Source: Vibrio vulnificus CMCP6 (lineage in GTDB: Bacteria > Pseudomonadota > Gammaproteobacteria > Enterobacterales > Vibrionaceae). Taken from it: DNA of 32,000 bases. Location: contig NC_004459.3 in assembly GCF_000039765.1 (NCBI RefSeq), positions 3,016,104 to 3,048,103 on the forward strand. Reading direction: 5' to 3'. Below are positions 1-10,970 of the stretch, piece after piece. Below the pieces are notes generated by a model, which was not told the DNA's origin, did no database searches, and saw only the letters and a list, made by a program, of their open reading frames with translations. The stretch's first letter is position 1; each line of letters begins with the position of its first letter. Both the position numbers and the translations under genes were made by a program.

Positions 1-711
1 CGTATGTCTATCCAAGCTGGTGCACAAACTCTAGAAAAATCTCACGGTGGCCGTGGTTTACTTCTTGGTGGTGTACCGGGCGTTGAACCAGCAAAAGTCG
101 TTGTTATTGGCGGCGGTGTCGTTGGTGCTAACGCTGCTCGTATGGCTGTTGGCCTACGTGCTGATGTTACTATCCTTGACCGTAACGTGGATACGCTTCG
201 TAAATTAGACGAAGAATTCCAAGGCCGCGCTAAAGTCGTTTATTCTACAGAAGATGCGATCGAGAAGCACGTTCTAGAAGCCGATCTTGTCATCGGTGCG
301 GTGCTCATCCCAGGCGCAGCAGCACCAAAACTGGTCACAAAAGAACACATCGCTAAGATGAAGCCAGGTGCCGCTGTTGTTGACGTTGCAATCGACCAAG
401 GCGGTTGTTTCGAAACTTCTCACGCAACCACACACGCAGAGCCGACTTACATTGTTGACGATGTCGTACACTACTGTGTTGCTAATATGCCAGGTGCCGT
501 CGCTCGCACTTCTACTTTTGCCCTTAATAACGCGACTCTACCTTACATTGTTAAGCTTGCAAACAAAGGATATCGTGAAGCATTGTCAGCAGATAAAGGC
601 TTCCTACTTGGTCTAAATGTGATTCACGGTAAAGTGACGTGCAAAGAAGTTGCAGAAAGCTTTAACCTAGAATACGTAGATCCAGCAGAAGCCATTCGCA
701 TGTTTAGCTAA
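1..711 (+). CDS. ald: Alanine dehydrogenase, 3' portion (5' end outside window)
   Basis: ORF open from the window edge; Rossmann motif [19 protein letters not shown] and Ald-typical [42 protein letters not shown]. Confidence 0.95.
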   Translation, partial: RMSIQAGAQTLEKSHGGRGLLLGGVPGVEPAKVVVIGGGVVGANAARMAVGLRADVTILDRNVDTLRKLDEEFQGRAKVVYSTEDAIEKHVLEADLVIGAVLIPGAAAPKLVTKEHIAKMKPGAAVVDVAIDQGGCFETSHATTHAEPTYIVDDVVHYCVANMPGAVARTSTFALNNATLPYIVKLANKGYREALSADKGFLLGLNVIHGKVTCKEVAESFNLEYVDPAEAIRMFS

Positions 712-735
712 GCTGAAAATTCTAATGCTCTCAGT

Positions 736-763
736 AAAAAGCTCGCATAAATGCGAGCTTTTT
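736..763 (+). terminator. Rho-independent terminator downstream of ald
   Basis: AAAAAGCTCGCAT-AA-ATGCGAGCTTTTT, 13-bp stem followed by a T run. Confidence 0.85.
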
Positions 764-827
764 TATTACGATGCGTTCTAAGTTATAACAACAAATTCTA
801 TATGTAACACTGCCAAATAAGCATTTT

Positions 828-2030
828 TTAGGTGTTCTTTCTGTCAGATGCGTGAATAAGAATATTTCTCGGAGTAATATCTCGATCGCAAAATTCACTT
901 AGCGATACTTGATACCCTTGTTCTTGGAGATACATGGCTTTGTCATAAATAAGCCACATTTCAATTGCACGTTGAAAGATTTGCTGTACCAAGCTTAGCC
1001 TTTCCATACGCCAAAAACGTTTCGCACCTTCAGCCTCATACTGATCGAAGTTCACTTGCGGCAAGTTCCATTCTTTCAGCTCCGCAGCCCAACGACAAAA
1101 CGCTTCAAAGCCAAGTGAAAGCTGTGACTTTTTAATACTCGGTACAGGCGCATACTCTTTAAAAGCACACTCTTGTCTTAGTAGCAAATCCAAACCAAGA
1201 CGAAAATTCATCTCTAATTGTCGATGTCGCTGAACCCGGCTTCCACCAGTCACTGTCTGCTGCAATGGAATTCGCAGTTCACTTCGGCTAAGACGTATTG
1301 TCGAGAGCTTAGCCACACTCGACAATACTTGGTAAGCGTCGCTCTGAATGAGGTGATAACAACAAGGAGCAATCGTCATCGCTGCTACGCCTTTCTCGCA
1401 ACCATACTGCATCATTCGAACATGTAAATCTCCGCAGGCATGTAAGGCGACGGCATGCTGTTCGGGCTTAAAGTATTGTTTAGATTGACATTCAAGAGCG
1501 TCACCTTGAACAAAATGCATGGGCAGATTCAGTGCATCCGCTTCGGATTGACCACTTTGGCACAAGGGTAACTGATACTCAAAACTCGTCACGCGTTGCC
1601 TGGTTTGGGAAGAAAGAACTCGGCCTAAATATCCCTTACCCGAGCACCATTCCAGCCATTCGCTCCCTTGGTGACGAGTTAGGCTATAAGAGCCCATTGC
1701 TTCAATTTGCTTAAGTTTTCGTCCTGGAATTCCGACACCAAAACGCTCAGCGAGTTTAATGGTCGTTATCGAGTGTGGTGCAAGTGCAATGTTCGCCAAT
1801 ACCGTTCTGCTATCTGGAATAAACCTACCAAGATCTGCCATCAAACTAGTGGGATCGAGTTTGTATTGTGATAACTCTTGCGCTGAGAGTGAGTTTAACC
1901 ACGCACACATATCAGGATGCGTGTCGACCCAAGGAAGTTGTTCATGCAAACTTTGATGAAATGGTTCAAAACGCCAGAATCGTTGGTGCTCAGTAAGCCA
2001 TTCATCGAGCAATTGAAATTGTTTTTGCAT
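828..2030 (-). CDS. SAM-dependent methyltransferase family protein
   Basis: 400-aa ORF; motif EWCSGKGYLGR resembles SAM-binding motif I, plus VALHACGDL and APCCYH. Confidence 0.75.
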   Translation of the reverse strand: MQKQFQLLDEWLTEHQRFWRFEPFHQSLHEQLPWVDTHPDMCAWLNSLSAQELSQYKLDPTSLMADLGRFIPDSRTVLANIALAPHSITTIKLAERFGVGIPGRKLKQIEAMGSYSLTRHQGSEWLEWCSGKGYLGRVLSSQTRQRVTSFEYQLPLCQSGQSEADALNLPMHFVQGDALECQSKQYFKPEQHAVALHACGDLHVRMMQYGCEKGVAAMTIAPCCYHLIQSDAYQVLSSVAKLSTIRLSRSELRIPLQQTVTGGSRVQRHRQLEMNFRLGLDLLLRQECAFKEYAPVPSIKKSQLSLGFEAFCRWAAELKEWNLPQVNFDQYEAEGAKRFWRMERLSLVQQIFQRAIEMWLIYDKAMYLQEQGYQVSLSEFCDRDITPRNILIHASDRKNT

Positions 2031-2088
2031 GTATCCCCCTAAAATTGCGACGCTATTTTAGGGGGAAGAAGCGGTGGAGGAAAGCGCT

Positions 2089-3096
<1,008 letters not shown>

Positions 3097-3399
3097 TCAC
3101 TCATTTGAGCAGAACTTGCGCATACTAAGTTCTCAAATATAATTATTAGTTATAACGTGTAACGTTAAAAATGAACAGTGAAATTGATAGTTTTCTCTGC
3201 CATTACTTAACTGGGGAGCTCATCAACGATGGTTTTTGTAATGCATACCTCATTCTTCAATCGGATTAGCAACTTTTGATTATTAAAGCTTTAAATAACA
3301 GCAATAATCACTAAGAATATGATTAATAGGTGCATGTCATTAAAGGAATCGTGTATCCTTACTCGTTAGCCGTTAATAAATAAAGCAGACAAAACAGAT

Positions 3400-4164
3400 A
3401 TGAATATTGGTTTAATCATCGCTCTGGTCGCCGTTTTACTTGTACTTGTTATTGGTTACAACGTTATGTTGCAGTACAAAGTAAAGGCAGAAACCGCGAA
3501 AAGACAGGAGTCAGCGCGTTATGTTGCCGTTATAGATGCAACAGAGGAGTTGATCGGACATGCACATCATATCCCTTACAGCAAAGACTTATTGGTTTGT
3601 CTCAACAATCGTATTCTTGATGCGTTAGAAAATATGGCGGCACTTGATCCCAAGAGCAAGCAACTTGCTCAACGGGTCGAAGCAATGAAGCAGCAAATCG
3701 AACACCTTAAGAACAACTACCAAGGCGGTGAAAGCACAGCCTTTAAAGTTCCGAACAGTGATAAGCAAGCGATTGTAATGCTGAAACTTGTCAAACGCCT
3801 GAGAGACACCATTCGTAACGAGCACAATAAAGGTCGCTTTGATACCCAAGCTTATGTAGAAGAAAATGCTCGCTTAGAAACGATGCAGATTCGCATTAAC
3901 ATTGAAAACGTCATAAAGCGTGCTCATGATTCTATTGCTCGCGGTCAAGCAGGTACGGCCGTTCAATTGCTGCGTAAAGGGATTGACGTGCTGAGCACTA
4001 AGAATGATACCTATTCAGTGCAAGCTAAAGAGAAGCTTGAAACCATGCTTAACGAACTGGATAGAAAACGTTCAGACAAGAATGCAGAAGAGTTGCAACA
4101 AATCGAAGAAAAAGAGCGTAACAACGACATGGATGCACTCTTCGGTGATAAGAAAAAGTGGTAA
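3400..4164 (+). CDS. Hypothetical membrane-anchored coiled-coil protein
   Basis: 254-aa ORF with N-terminal TM segment (MNIGLIIALVAVLLVLVIGYNV) and charged helical repeats; no family recognised. Confidence 0.7.
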   Translation: MNIGLIIALVAVLLVLVIGYNVMLQYKVKAETAKRQESARYVAVIDATEELIGHAHHIPYSKDLLVCLNNRILDALENMAALDPKSKQLAQRVEAMKQQIEHLKNNYQGGESTAFKVPNSDKQAIVMLKLVKRLRDTIRNEHNKGRFDTQAYVEENARLETMQIRINIENVIKRAHDSIARGQAGTAVQLLRKGIDVLSTKNDTYSVQAKEKLETMLNELDRKRSDKNAEELQQIEEKERNNDMDALFGDKKKW

Positions 4165-4190
4165 CATTTACCACAACGATTCTCTTTACA

Positions 4191-4212
4191 AAGGTCGCAA
4201 AAGCGGCCTTTT
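4191..4212 (+). terminator. Probable rho-independent terminator after the 3400-4164 gene
   Basis: AAGGTCGC-AAAA-GCGGCCTTTTTT, 8-bp stem with one G-T wobble and a T tract. Confidence 0.6.
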
Positions 4213-4235
4213 TTCATCACTAGTTAAACTGATTT

Positions 4236-5009
4236 ATGATATCTCTCGAAGCGTACCAAGATCTCCTTGACCCTATTAACCATTTTCTACAATGTGAAAC
4301 ACCTAGTGAATGGGTCGAAGAGGCCAAAAAACCAGAAAATCTTCCCACCATCCTGATAGATCATTTGCTTTGTGAGCTAAAGGCTGGGCAATCAGCTATG
4401 TATTTGATCCGTAAATATGCGGTGGATAAAGAAAGCTCGCATACCCTACTCGATTGGTTTAAGCCATACGAAAATTTTGCCTATCGTGGAATTGGCTCCA
4501 TTGAAACACTAAAAGGCAAAAGTAATATTTCTAAAGCCATTATGGCTAAGTCAGACTCACCTTATAGCCAAGAGCTCATTGATAAAATGGTCTTACTCAT
4601 TAAAGAGGAATTACACCACTTTTACCAAGTTCTGGAAATCATTTGTGCCAGAGGGATTGAATACGAAAATGTGACCGCAAGCCGTTACGCAAAAGGTCTG
4701 CTTTCACACATGAAAACACATGAGCCTGAAACACTGATCGATAAGCTTATTATCGGAGGGTATATTGAGGCAAGATCTTGTGAGAGGTTTGCAAAGCTCG
4801 CTCCTCACATGGACGATGACATTGCCAAGTTCTACGTTTCTCTGCTGCGCTCAGAAGCACGGCATTACCAAGATTACCTCACCCTCGCAGAACAGATCGC
4901 TGGCAAAGATATCAGCGAGCGAGTCGCCTATTTTGGCCAAATTGAAGCACAGCTGATTTGCTCAAAAGACGACGACTTTAAGTTTCACAGTGGCGTGCCT
5001 ACACGCTGA
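4236..5009 (+). CDS. miaE: tRNA-(ms[2]io[6]A)-hydroxylase MiaE
   Basis: Di-iron ligand pattern typical of MiaE: LLCELKAGQSA, LLIKEELHHFYQVLEI, IIGGYIEARSCERF, SEARHYQDYLTLA. Confidence 0.92.
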   Translation: MISLEAYQDLLDPINHFLQCETPSEWVEEAKKPENLPTILIDHLLCELKAGQSAMYLIRKYAVDKESSHTLLDWFKPYENFAYRGIGSIETLKGKSNISKAIMAKSDSPYSQELIDKMVLLIKEELHHFYQVLEIICARGIEYENVTASRYAKGLLSHMKTHEPETLIDKLIIGGYIEARSCERFAKLAPHMDDDIAKFYVSLLRSEARHYQDYLTLAEQIAGKDISERVAYFGQIEAQLICSKDDDFKFHSGVPTR

Positions 5010-5035
5010 AAAATATTGTTTATTGATTAAAATGA

Positions 5036-5056
5036 TAAAAAGCCCGCTGGTTAGCG
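5036..5056 (+). terminator. Left part of a bidirectional terminator interrupted by IS insertion
   Basis: AAAAAGCCCGCTGGTTAGCG directly abuts the IS; the missing right part GCGGGCTTT is found after IS copy 2 at 17368-17378. Confidence 0.75.
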
Positions 5057-6450
5057 CAGTGTAGATCAGATAAGGATCGGTTGACCGATCCTTCTGATGA
5101 GAGACAATCGGAAACCTGTTTATAGGTTTCCGATTTTTTTATGTCTATCCAAAACTATTTTGCTGACTTTCTTGAAGAGAGTCCTGTTGATGTCGCTCAG
5201 CTCACCACCTTCTCCGAGCATATTCCTGATGAGTGGGTTGCTAAAGCGGCAACACTTTCCGATAAAGCGACAATTCGTCGACGTCGTTTACCTAGTGAGT
5301 TGGAATGGCGTTTTTCCGCAATGAGTCTATTGCAGAAGTCGCACGGCGAATGAATGTCTGTGCCGAGGGCTTAGCCGATGAGGAACTGCTAGCTAAAAGT
5401 GCTTTAACGCAAGCAAGGCAACGCCTTGGTAAAGCTGCTCCAGAATGGTTGTTTAGACAATGCAGTCACACATGGGGTCTAGAGCGTTACCCCGAGGATA
5501 CTTGGCAAGGCTTACAAGTCTTCGCTATTGATGGGGCTCTTTTTCGAACCGCTGATACATCAGAACTAAGAGAACATTTTGGGTCAGGTAATACATCCAG
5601 CGAGAGGCAGACACCTCATCCAGTACTCAGGGTGGTGACCATGATGAATGTTCGCTCACATGTCATTGTAGACGCAGCTATAAGCCCCTATCGTCGTGGT
5701 GAAATACCGCTTGCAATGCCCTTTATTGACTCTCTACCTGATAACTCATTGACTTTACTAGATAAGAGGTTTTATGGCGCAGACTTACTTCTTTCTCTCC
5801 AAAATAGTGGCTCCAACAGGCATTGGTTGTTACCAGCGAAGAAAGGGGTGAAATTCAGACTTCTGGACGATGAAGAGAGCGACGACATGTTGGTAGAAAT
5901 GAAAGTCTCTCCACAGGCTCGCAAGAAAAATGGCAAGTCAGAGCCGTTACTTATCAAGTACAAGGTAAGCACAAAACAGTGTTTACGTCTTTGCCTAGGG
6001 AAGAGTACGATACGGAATCAGTAGCCGAGCTTTACCATGAGAGATGGGAAATTGAGTTAGGGTACAGAGACATAAAAAGTTCGATGCAGCACAACGCGTT
6101 AGTGCTGAGGAGTAAGACGGTCGAGCTTGTCTATCAAGAGTTATGGGGGCTGTTGCTTGGTTATAACTTGGTAAGACGAGAAGCCAGTCAAGCGGCCGTA
6201 GCACATGGTCGAAATGGCCAATGAAATCAGTTTTAAATACGCTTGTCAGTTCATCACTAGTCAACTGAAAGTAATGAGCAAAGCGGTATCTCCAGGTAAT
6301 ACACCGAAGCGTCTAAAAAGTCTGCGCGGAGACTTATCCATCCTTTTTATAGACAAACGCCCTAAGCCAAATCGGCCTAGGGCGGTAAAAATATCAAAGA
6401 CCCGATATCCTGTTAATCGCAAGGCAGCTCCTCTTAAGTGAACTACATTG
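5057..6450 (+). mobile_element. IS4-family insertion sequence, copy 1 (degenerate)
   Basis: Near-identical to 15931-17360 apart from indels; left terminus CAGTGTAGATCA versus right terminus TGAACTACATTG (reverse complement CAATGTAGTTCA). Confidence 0.92.
5141..6440 (+). pseudogene. IS4-family transposase pseudogene
   Basis: Compared with copy 2: 19-bp deletion at about 5299, 19-bp deletion at about 5931, 1-bp insertion in GTCGAAATGG (about 6214-6216), and DKG to DKR next to the second catalytic Asp. The reading frame is split into ORFs at 5141-5353, 5305-6024, 5979-6224 and 6205-6441. Confidence 0.93.
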
Positions 6451-6521
6451 CAATCAATTGGGGGCTTCTTACTTGAGTTTTCGTCACACTCGATGACAAA
6501 CCGCCTAGGCGAGTCAGCGCA

Positions 6522-6887
6522 TTACGCCAACTTGTAGATCACCTTGTTACCTGCAAGCTGCTCTTTCTGCACTAGGTTATCTTCAAGCAATTTTTTCAGT
6601 GCACCTGTTGCCCAAGAAGCCGCTTTGGCATCTTCTTGACCCGCTGCAAGGCCGATGCTTTTCGGGTTAATGCCTTCCGCATTAGCGGCAACGATATCCA
6701 GCACTTGTTGCTGCTTAGGCGTCAGAGAAATCTCTGTGTTTACTGCAGATGAAGCAGCCACTTTGGTCGCAACGACTTTTTTCTCAGCCACTGACTTAGA
6801 GATAACGGTTTTTTCTGCAGCTGGCTTAACTGTATTTGATGCAGCAGCCAAATTCGCTACAGCTGCTTTAATGCGTTTTTGCAGTTT
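6522..6887 (-). CDS. Hypothetical protein with Ala/Lys-rich N-terminus and winged-helix-like C-terminus
   Basis: ORF with C-terminal ISLTPKQQQVLDIVAANAEGINPKSIGLAAGQEDAKAASWATGALKKLLEDNLV (MarR/HTH-like); start probably MKLQKRI. Confidence 0.6.
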   Translation of the reverse strand, partial: KLQKRIKAAVANLAAASNTVKPAAEKTVISKSVAEKKVVATKVAASSAVNTEISLTPKQQQVLDIVAANAEGINPKSIGLAAGQEDAKAASWATGALKKLLEDNLVQKEQLAGNKVIYKLA

Positions 6888-7133
6888 CATCTGCACTTTA
6901 CGCTTATGAGCAAGTCTCATTAAATGTGTCTCCAGTTCACTGCTTATCAGCAGGGATGAAAATTTGAAGCGCGTTTTATACCAAAATTTCAGCTCGATTT
7001 GTAGGCTTAAGCAGTGAACAGTGGCGAAAAATGCGTTATGAACGGAGAGAGACTATTCTTTAATCAATAAGATAATGAACTTAATTGGGTATCCAAACGT
7101 AAAACGTCGTTATCGTTCGCGTCATTCCGCTGC

Positions 7134-7838
7134 GTGGCGCTAACGGCTCAAAACGAGTTGAGGAACACAATGCAAACTCTCCAGTTGTCAAACCGATATC
7201 AGCTTGCCAGCTCAGTCTTTGTTAAAGGACTGGTGGTGGTATTTGCGATTGTCGGCGCTTTGCTCCTGTTTCTGTCTCCAAGCTGGCCACAAGCGCTGCT
7301 CTCTGTTGGCCTGCTCATCACCGTTGCGCTGTTTGGTGTCTACCTGATACAACGCAGCACTGTCGCCTATACCCTCACGCCCACACACTTCCAGCAACAT
7401 CTCTTTCAAGGTGGTTGGGTTGTAAAATGGAAGAACATCGAAAAAATTGGCATTTGTACCTATGAATCGGAAGGGTGGCATCAGCCTTTGCCGTGGATTG
7501 GCATCAAACTGGTGCACTACTCACCCTATTTGATGGCGATCTGCCCTCGCGTTTCGACGGAAATTCTGCTCAGTCAACGTGCACTGCTTTACCTCGGTGC
7601 GCGGCAACATCAGTGCGAAAGCCAATTTGAAGAGATGGTATTGGATCCCCAGCCGTATATTGATGAGCAAGGCAAAGAGCACACGGGTTTACAGGCGATG
7701 CTGGCAAATCGCATGAAATATCAAAGGCGTTTTTTCGATTACGATATTTTTATTTCAGCGCTAGATTTGGATAGAGAAGCAGAAGAGTTTGTTGGCCTAG
7801 CAAGGCGCTACTTGGCGGCGGCGGAGCCCGATCAATAA
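7134..7838 (+). CDS. DUF2982-like membrane protein
   Basis: 234-aa ORF, two N-terminal TM segments, PH-like body; alternative start MQTLQLSN at 7170. Confidence 0.6.
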   Translation: MALTAQNELRNTMQTLQLSNRYQLASSVFVKGLVVVFAIVGALLLFLSPSWPQALLSVGLLITVALFGVYLIQRSTVAYTLTPTHFQQHLFQGGWVVKWKNIEKIGICTYESEGWHQPLPWIGIKLVHYSPYLMAICPRVSTEILLSQRALLYLGARQHQCESQFEEMVLDPQPYIDEQGKEHTGLQAMLANRMKYQRRFFDYDIFISALDLDREAEEFVGLARRYLAAAEPDQ

Positions 7839-7896
7839 AGCCAACCAAAGAAACACGACGAGTTGTCTCCTTAGCTGGCTTACACGTTACAAACCG

Positions 7897-8553
7897 TTAG
7901 TACAGTGGCATTTCGTCAGCCACGAATGGATTGGTACGACGCTCGTGCCCGAATGTCGACTCAGGGCCATGACCTGGGATAAAGGTGACGTCATTGCCCA
8001 GCGGCCATAGCTTATTCTTGATTGACGCGATCAGCGTATTGAAATCGCCTTGAGGGAAATCCGTTCGACCAATACTGCCATTAAATAGCACATCCCCGAC
8101 AAACGCACGACGCGCTTCTTCACTGTACAACACCACGTGACCAGGAGTATGCCCAGGTGTATGAAGCACTTGCAGCACTTGATTGCCAAAACACACTTCG
8201 TCACCATCATTGAGCCATTGGTTTGGTTCAAACGCCTCTGTCAACGGAAAGCCAAACATTTGACTTTGTCCTTCCAGACCTTGTAGCCAAAAGTTGTCTG
8301 CCTTATGAGGACCAACAATCTCGATACCATCAAGCATTTCAGCCAGACGCTCGGTTCCGCCAACGTGATCCAAATGACCATGGGTTAATACCAAATTGAC
8401 CACTTCCACACCCAGTTCTTTGATGATCACGGCAAGTTGCTTTTCATCACCACCAGGGTCGATGACGATACCTTTCATGGTGTCATCACACCAAACAATC
8501 GAACAGTTTTGTGCAAATGGAGTAACGGGAACAATCTGATATTTAAGTGCCAT
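7897..8553 (-). CDS. MBL-fold metallo-hydrolase (YcbL/glyoxalase II-like)
   Basis: Zinc motif THGHLDHVGG, HTPGHTPGHVVLY, FNGSIGRTDFP; start probably MALKYQIVPVTPFAQNCS. Confidence 0.88.
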   Translation of the reverse strand: MALKYQIVPVTPFAQNCSIVWCDDTMKGIVIDPGGDEKQLAVIIKELGVEVVNLVLTHGHLDHVGGTERLAEMLDGIEIVGPHKADNFWLQGLEGQSQMFGFPLTEAFEPNQWLNDGDEVCFGNQVLQVLHTPGHTPGHVVLYSEEARRAFVGDVLFNGSIGRTDFPQGDFNTLIASIKNKLWPLGNDVTFIPGHGPESTFGHERRTNPFVADEMPLY

Positions 8554-8622
8554 AGCAACCTCGGTCAATTTCGAACTGGGCGAAACTATGACACCGGAAG
8601 CGTCGAAAAACAAGGTGAGCCA

Positions 8623-9168
8623 TCACCAAGAGCGAACCGGACCCGTGTCGATATGAACAAAATTACTGCCCGGATAGTAGCCGACCCCACCCGCTTCGAG
8701 ACTTAAAGCGGCATCACGCACTGTTGAAAGCTTCACGCCATCAAGGCGAAAGTCGATGGCCCGTCCAAGCATATGGTAGCTTTTCTTCGCCACACCAGAG
8801 GATTTAGCGCGCAGCGCGGCGTTGGTTTGTGGCGATCGGTAGCCTGAAATGATTTGGACTTCGTTTTCTGTACCAATCAGTTTTTGAATTTGAGTCAGGT
8901 GATCAAACAAACGGCGATCCATGGGGTGCACTTCGTTTTGGCGGAAATCTCGGCAAATCTTATCAATACGCGCCAACTCTTCAATCAGATAAGTCGAACC
9001 GTCGAAATAGCACGTTTCAAGTAACTCACCAGTGTGTAGATTGTTGAGCGCAAGAGTACGAGGCTGATCAGGATACGACGCCATCGCAAGTTTCGGCATG
9101 GCTGACGCCAGCAATAAACCCCCACCGGTCATACGTAAAAATTGTCGTCGAGAATATTGATCAGACAT
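8623..9168 (-). CDS. YcbK-family (DUF882) peptidase M15-like protein with Tat signal
   Basis: SRRQFL twin-arginine signal; NEVQIISGYRSPQTNAALRAKSSGVAKKSYHMLGRAIDFRLDG. Confidence 0.88.
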   Translation of the reverse strand: MSDQYSRRQFLRMTGGGLLLASAMPKLAMASYPDQPRTLALNNLHTGELLETCYFDGSTYLIEELARIDKICRDFRQNEVHPMDRRLFDHLTQIQKLIGTENEVQIISGYRSPQTNAALRAKSSGVAKKSYHMLGRAIDFRLDGVKLSTVRDAALSLEAGGVGYYPGSNFVHIDTGPVRSW

Positions 9169-9331
9169 GAATAAAGTCACCACTTAAAATTACTTCAGCA
9201 GCGAACCTTATCGGAAGGTATTTTTCACGTCAAATGCATAAAACGCGCCCAAATAGGGCAAACTTCGCTAAAAGAGTGATTAGTTATTGAGTAAACAATC
9301 TTTTTTTCTTATGTAAATTTTTGTTCAATTT

Positions 9332-10888
9332 TCAGCCTTTGTGATCATCCACGAGATCGTACTGATAGATATCATCGCGATAGTTCAGCTCTTCCCCTTC
9401 AAACCACACTGTCTGATAGATGATATGGACGGGAATACGACGCTTGAGGGGGATCATAGTGTTGGCTTCTTGCCGAGTCGCTAAATTGGAGAGCTCTTCC
9501 TCCAGCCCTTGGGTTTTCAGCAATTGCAGCGCAAACTGATCGGCATTTTGAACCCGCACACACCCAGAGCTGAACGCTCGGCTGTCTTCTTGGAACAAAC
9601 TTTTCGACGGAGTGTCGTGCAAAAAGATCGCACGCTTATTGGGAATATTAAATTTGTACAGCCCTAACGCGTTTTTATCTCCAGCCAGTTGACGCATCTT
9701 GTATGGGAAGGATTTGAGTGACACCTTTGTCCAATCAATGGTTTGTGGATTCACCGCGGTTTGCGAGTCCCACCCTTCAACAATTTCAATATTTTGTTTG
9801 GTTAAGAAGCTTTGGTCATATTTCACTTTGGGCAAAATATCTTTGACCATAATGGTTTTCGGCACGTTCCATACGGGATTTAGCACCACCCCATCCATCT
9901 TGCCCACCATAATCGGCGTTTTTCGGCTCTTTCTGCCAACTACCACTTTGGATTCAAAGATCTCCTCGCCCTTATACCAAAACTTCATCTCATAGCCTGG
10001 CACATTGACCAAGACCAGCAGATCTCGTTCTTCTGGCCAAAGTCTCGAGCGCTCAGAGTTCAACGCCATCGAGTGCAGCCGCTGAGCGGGAGTCATGTTA
10101 AGCCATTTTAAGGTAATAGGCCCGACAACACCGTCTTGCGTCAGCCCATGCATTTTTTGAAATTGTTTCACCGCCAGTTCAAGCTGCGTGTCGTAGTATT
10201 TGATATCCCGCTTCAAATGGCTGGTTTCAAGACCCACCACTTCTAAACGTTTGATCAAATTGGCTCTATCAGGCAGTTTATCCCCCAGCTTCAATAAACC
10301 CACCTGATGAAAAAGCGGCACGGCGTGATCTCGCGCCTTTAGTAAACGACTATAACGATTGGCAAACTGCTGATGGCGCTGCAACGGCGAACGCAATGAA
10401 CGGACAAACGTTGCTAAATACCCAGCCTGAATATCTGCAGATAAACGATTCATTGATGAATAAGAAGGTGCGGGCAAACTTTGGCTTAACGGCTGTGTAA
10501 AGAGCCACTCTTTGCCATGTTGGGGGAGTTTTTCCAAGTAGCTGATGTAGGAAAGCAGTAGGTCGGTGGCAACAATGTCATACTCAAACCATTTTTGCTC
10601 GTTTTTATAGCGCCTCAGTTTACTGATTTGGTAGTCGAAATAGGGGCTGACAGACGCGGTTTTGATCAGTTCTAGCTGGAATTCAAGTTGCGAGGTCGCT
10701 TCATTATCAGACCAAATGAGTCGATGATGATTTCCTTGATACAAGCGCTCAACATGCTCAGGAAACTGGACATAGGCAAACACGGCGGAGTTCCCATCCA
10801 ACCACTGCTTCTCTTCTAATCCGGTCAGCGACCAAGTAGGACTAGAGAAGAAAATGCCTATCAGAAGTAACACTCGTTGCCACCGCAT
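9332..10888 (-). CDS. L,D-transpeptidase of the LdtD/YcbB type
   Basis: Peptidoglycan-binding AVKQFQKMHGLTQDGVVGPITLKWLN and YkuD catalytic motif HDTPSKSLFQEDSRAFSSGCVRV; start may be MRWQRVLL. Confidence 0.88.
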   Translation of the reverse strand: MRWQRVLLLIGIFFSSPTWSLTGLEEKQWLDGNSAVFAYVQFPEHVERLYQGNHHRLIWSDNEATSQLEFQLELIKTASVSPYFDYQISKLRRYKNEQKWFEYDIVATDLLLSYISYLEKLPQHGKEWLFTQPLSQSLPAPSYSSMNRLSADIQAGYLATFVRSLRSPLQRHQQFANRYSRLLKARDHAVPLFHQVGLLKLGDKLPDRANLIKRLEVVGLETSHLKRDIKYYDTQLELAVKQFQKMHGLTQDGVVGPITLKWLNMTPAQRLHSMALNSERSRLWPEERDLLVLVNVPGYEMKFWYKGEEIFESKVVVGRKSRKTPIMVGKMDGVVLNPVWNVPKTIMVKDILPKVKYDQSFLTKQNIEIVEGWDSQTAVNPQTIDWTKVSLKSFPYKMRQLAGDKNALGLYKFNIPNKRAIFLHDTPSKSLFQEDSRAFSSGCVRVQNADQFALQLLKTQGLEEELSNLATRQEANTMIPLKRRIPVHIIYQTVWFEGEELNYRDDIYQYDLVDDHKG

Positions 10889-10970
10889 CTCTGCTCCTTG
10901 AGAACTCAATCCACTCAGTAAGTATGGCAAATTTCCCAAAGAACAGAGGTGTGATTTTAAGCGAAGTCAC

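Noticed and set aside
5305-6441. Separate genes at 5305-6024, 5979-6224 and 6205-6441
   Set aside because: They are fragments of one transposase; the intact copy at 16014-17351 aligns across all three, with frame breaks explained by indels.
6451-6462. A conventional target duplication for each individual IS copy
   Set aside because: Copy 1 flanks (CGCTGGTTAGCG / CAATCAATTGGG) and copy 2 flanks (CCACAACTGTGG / CGCTGGTTCGCG) do not match within a copy; only the outermost pair matches.
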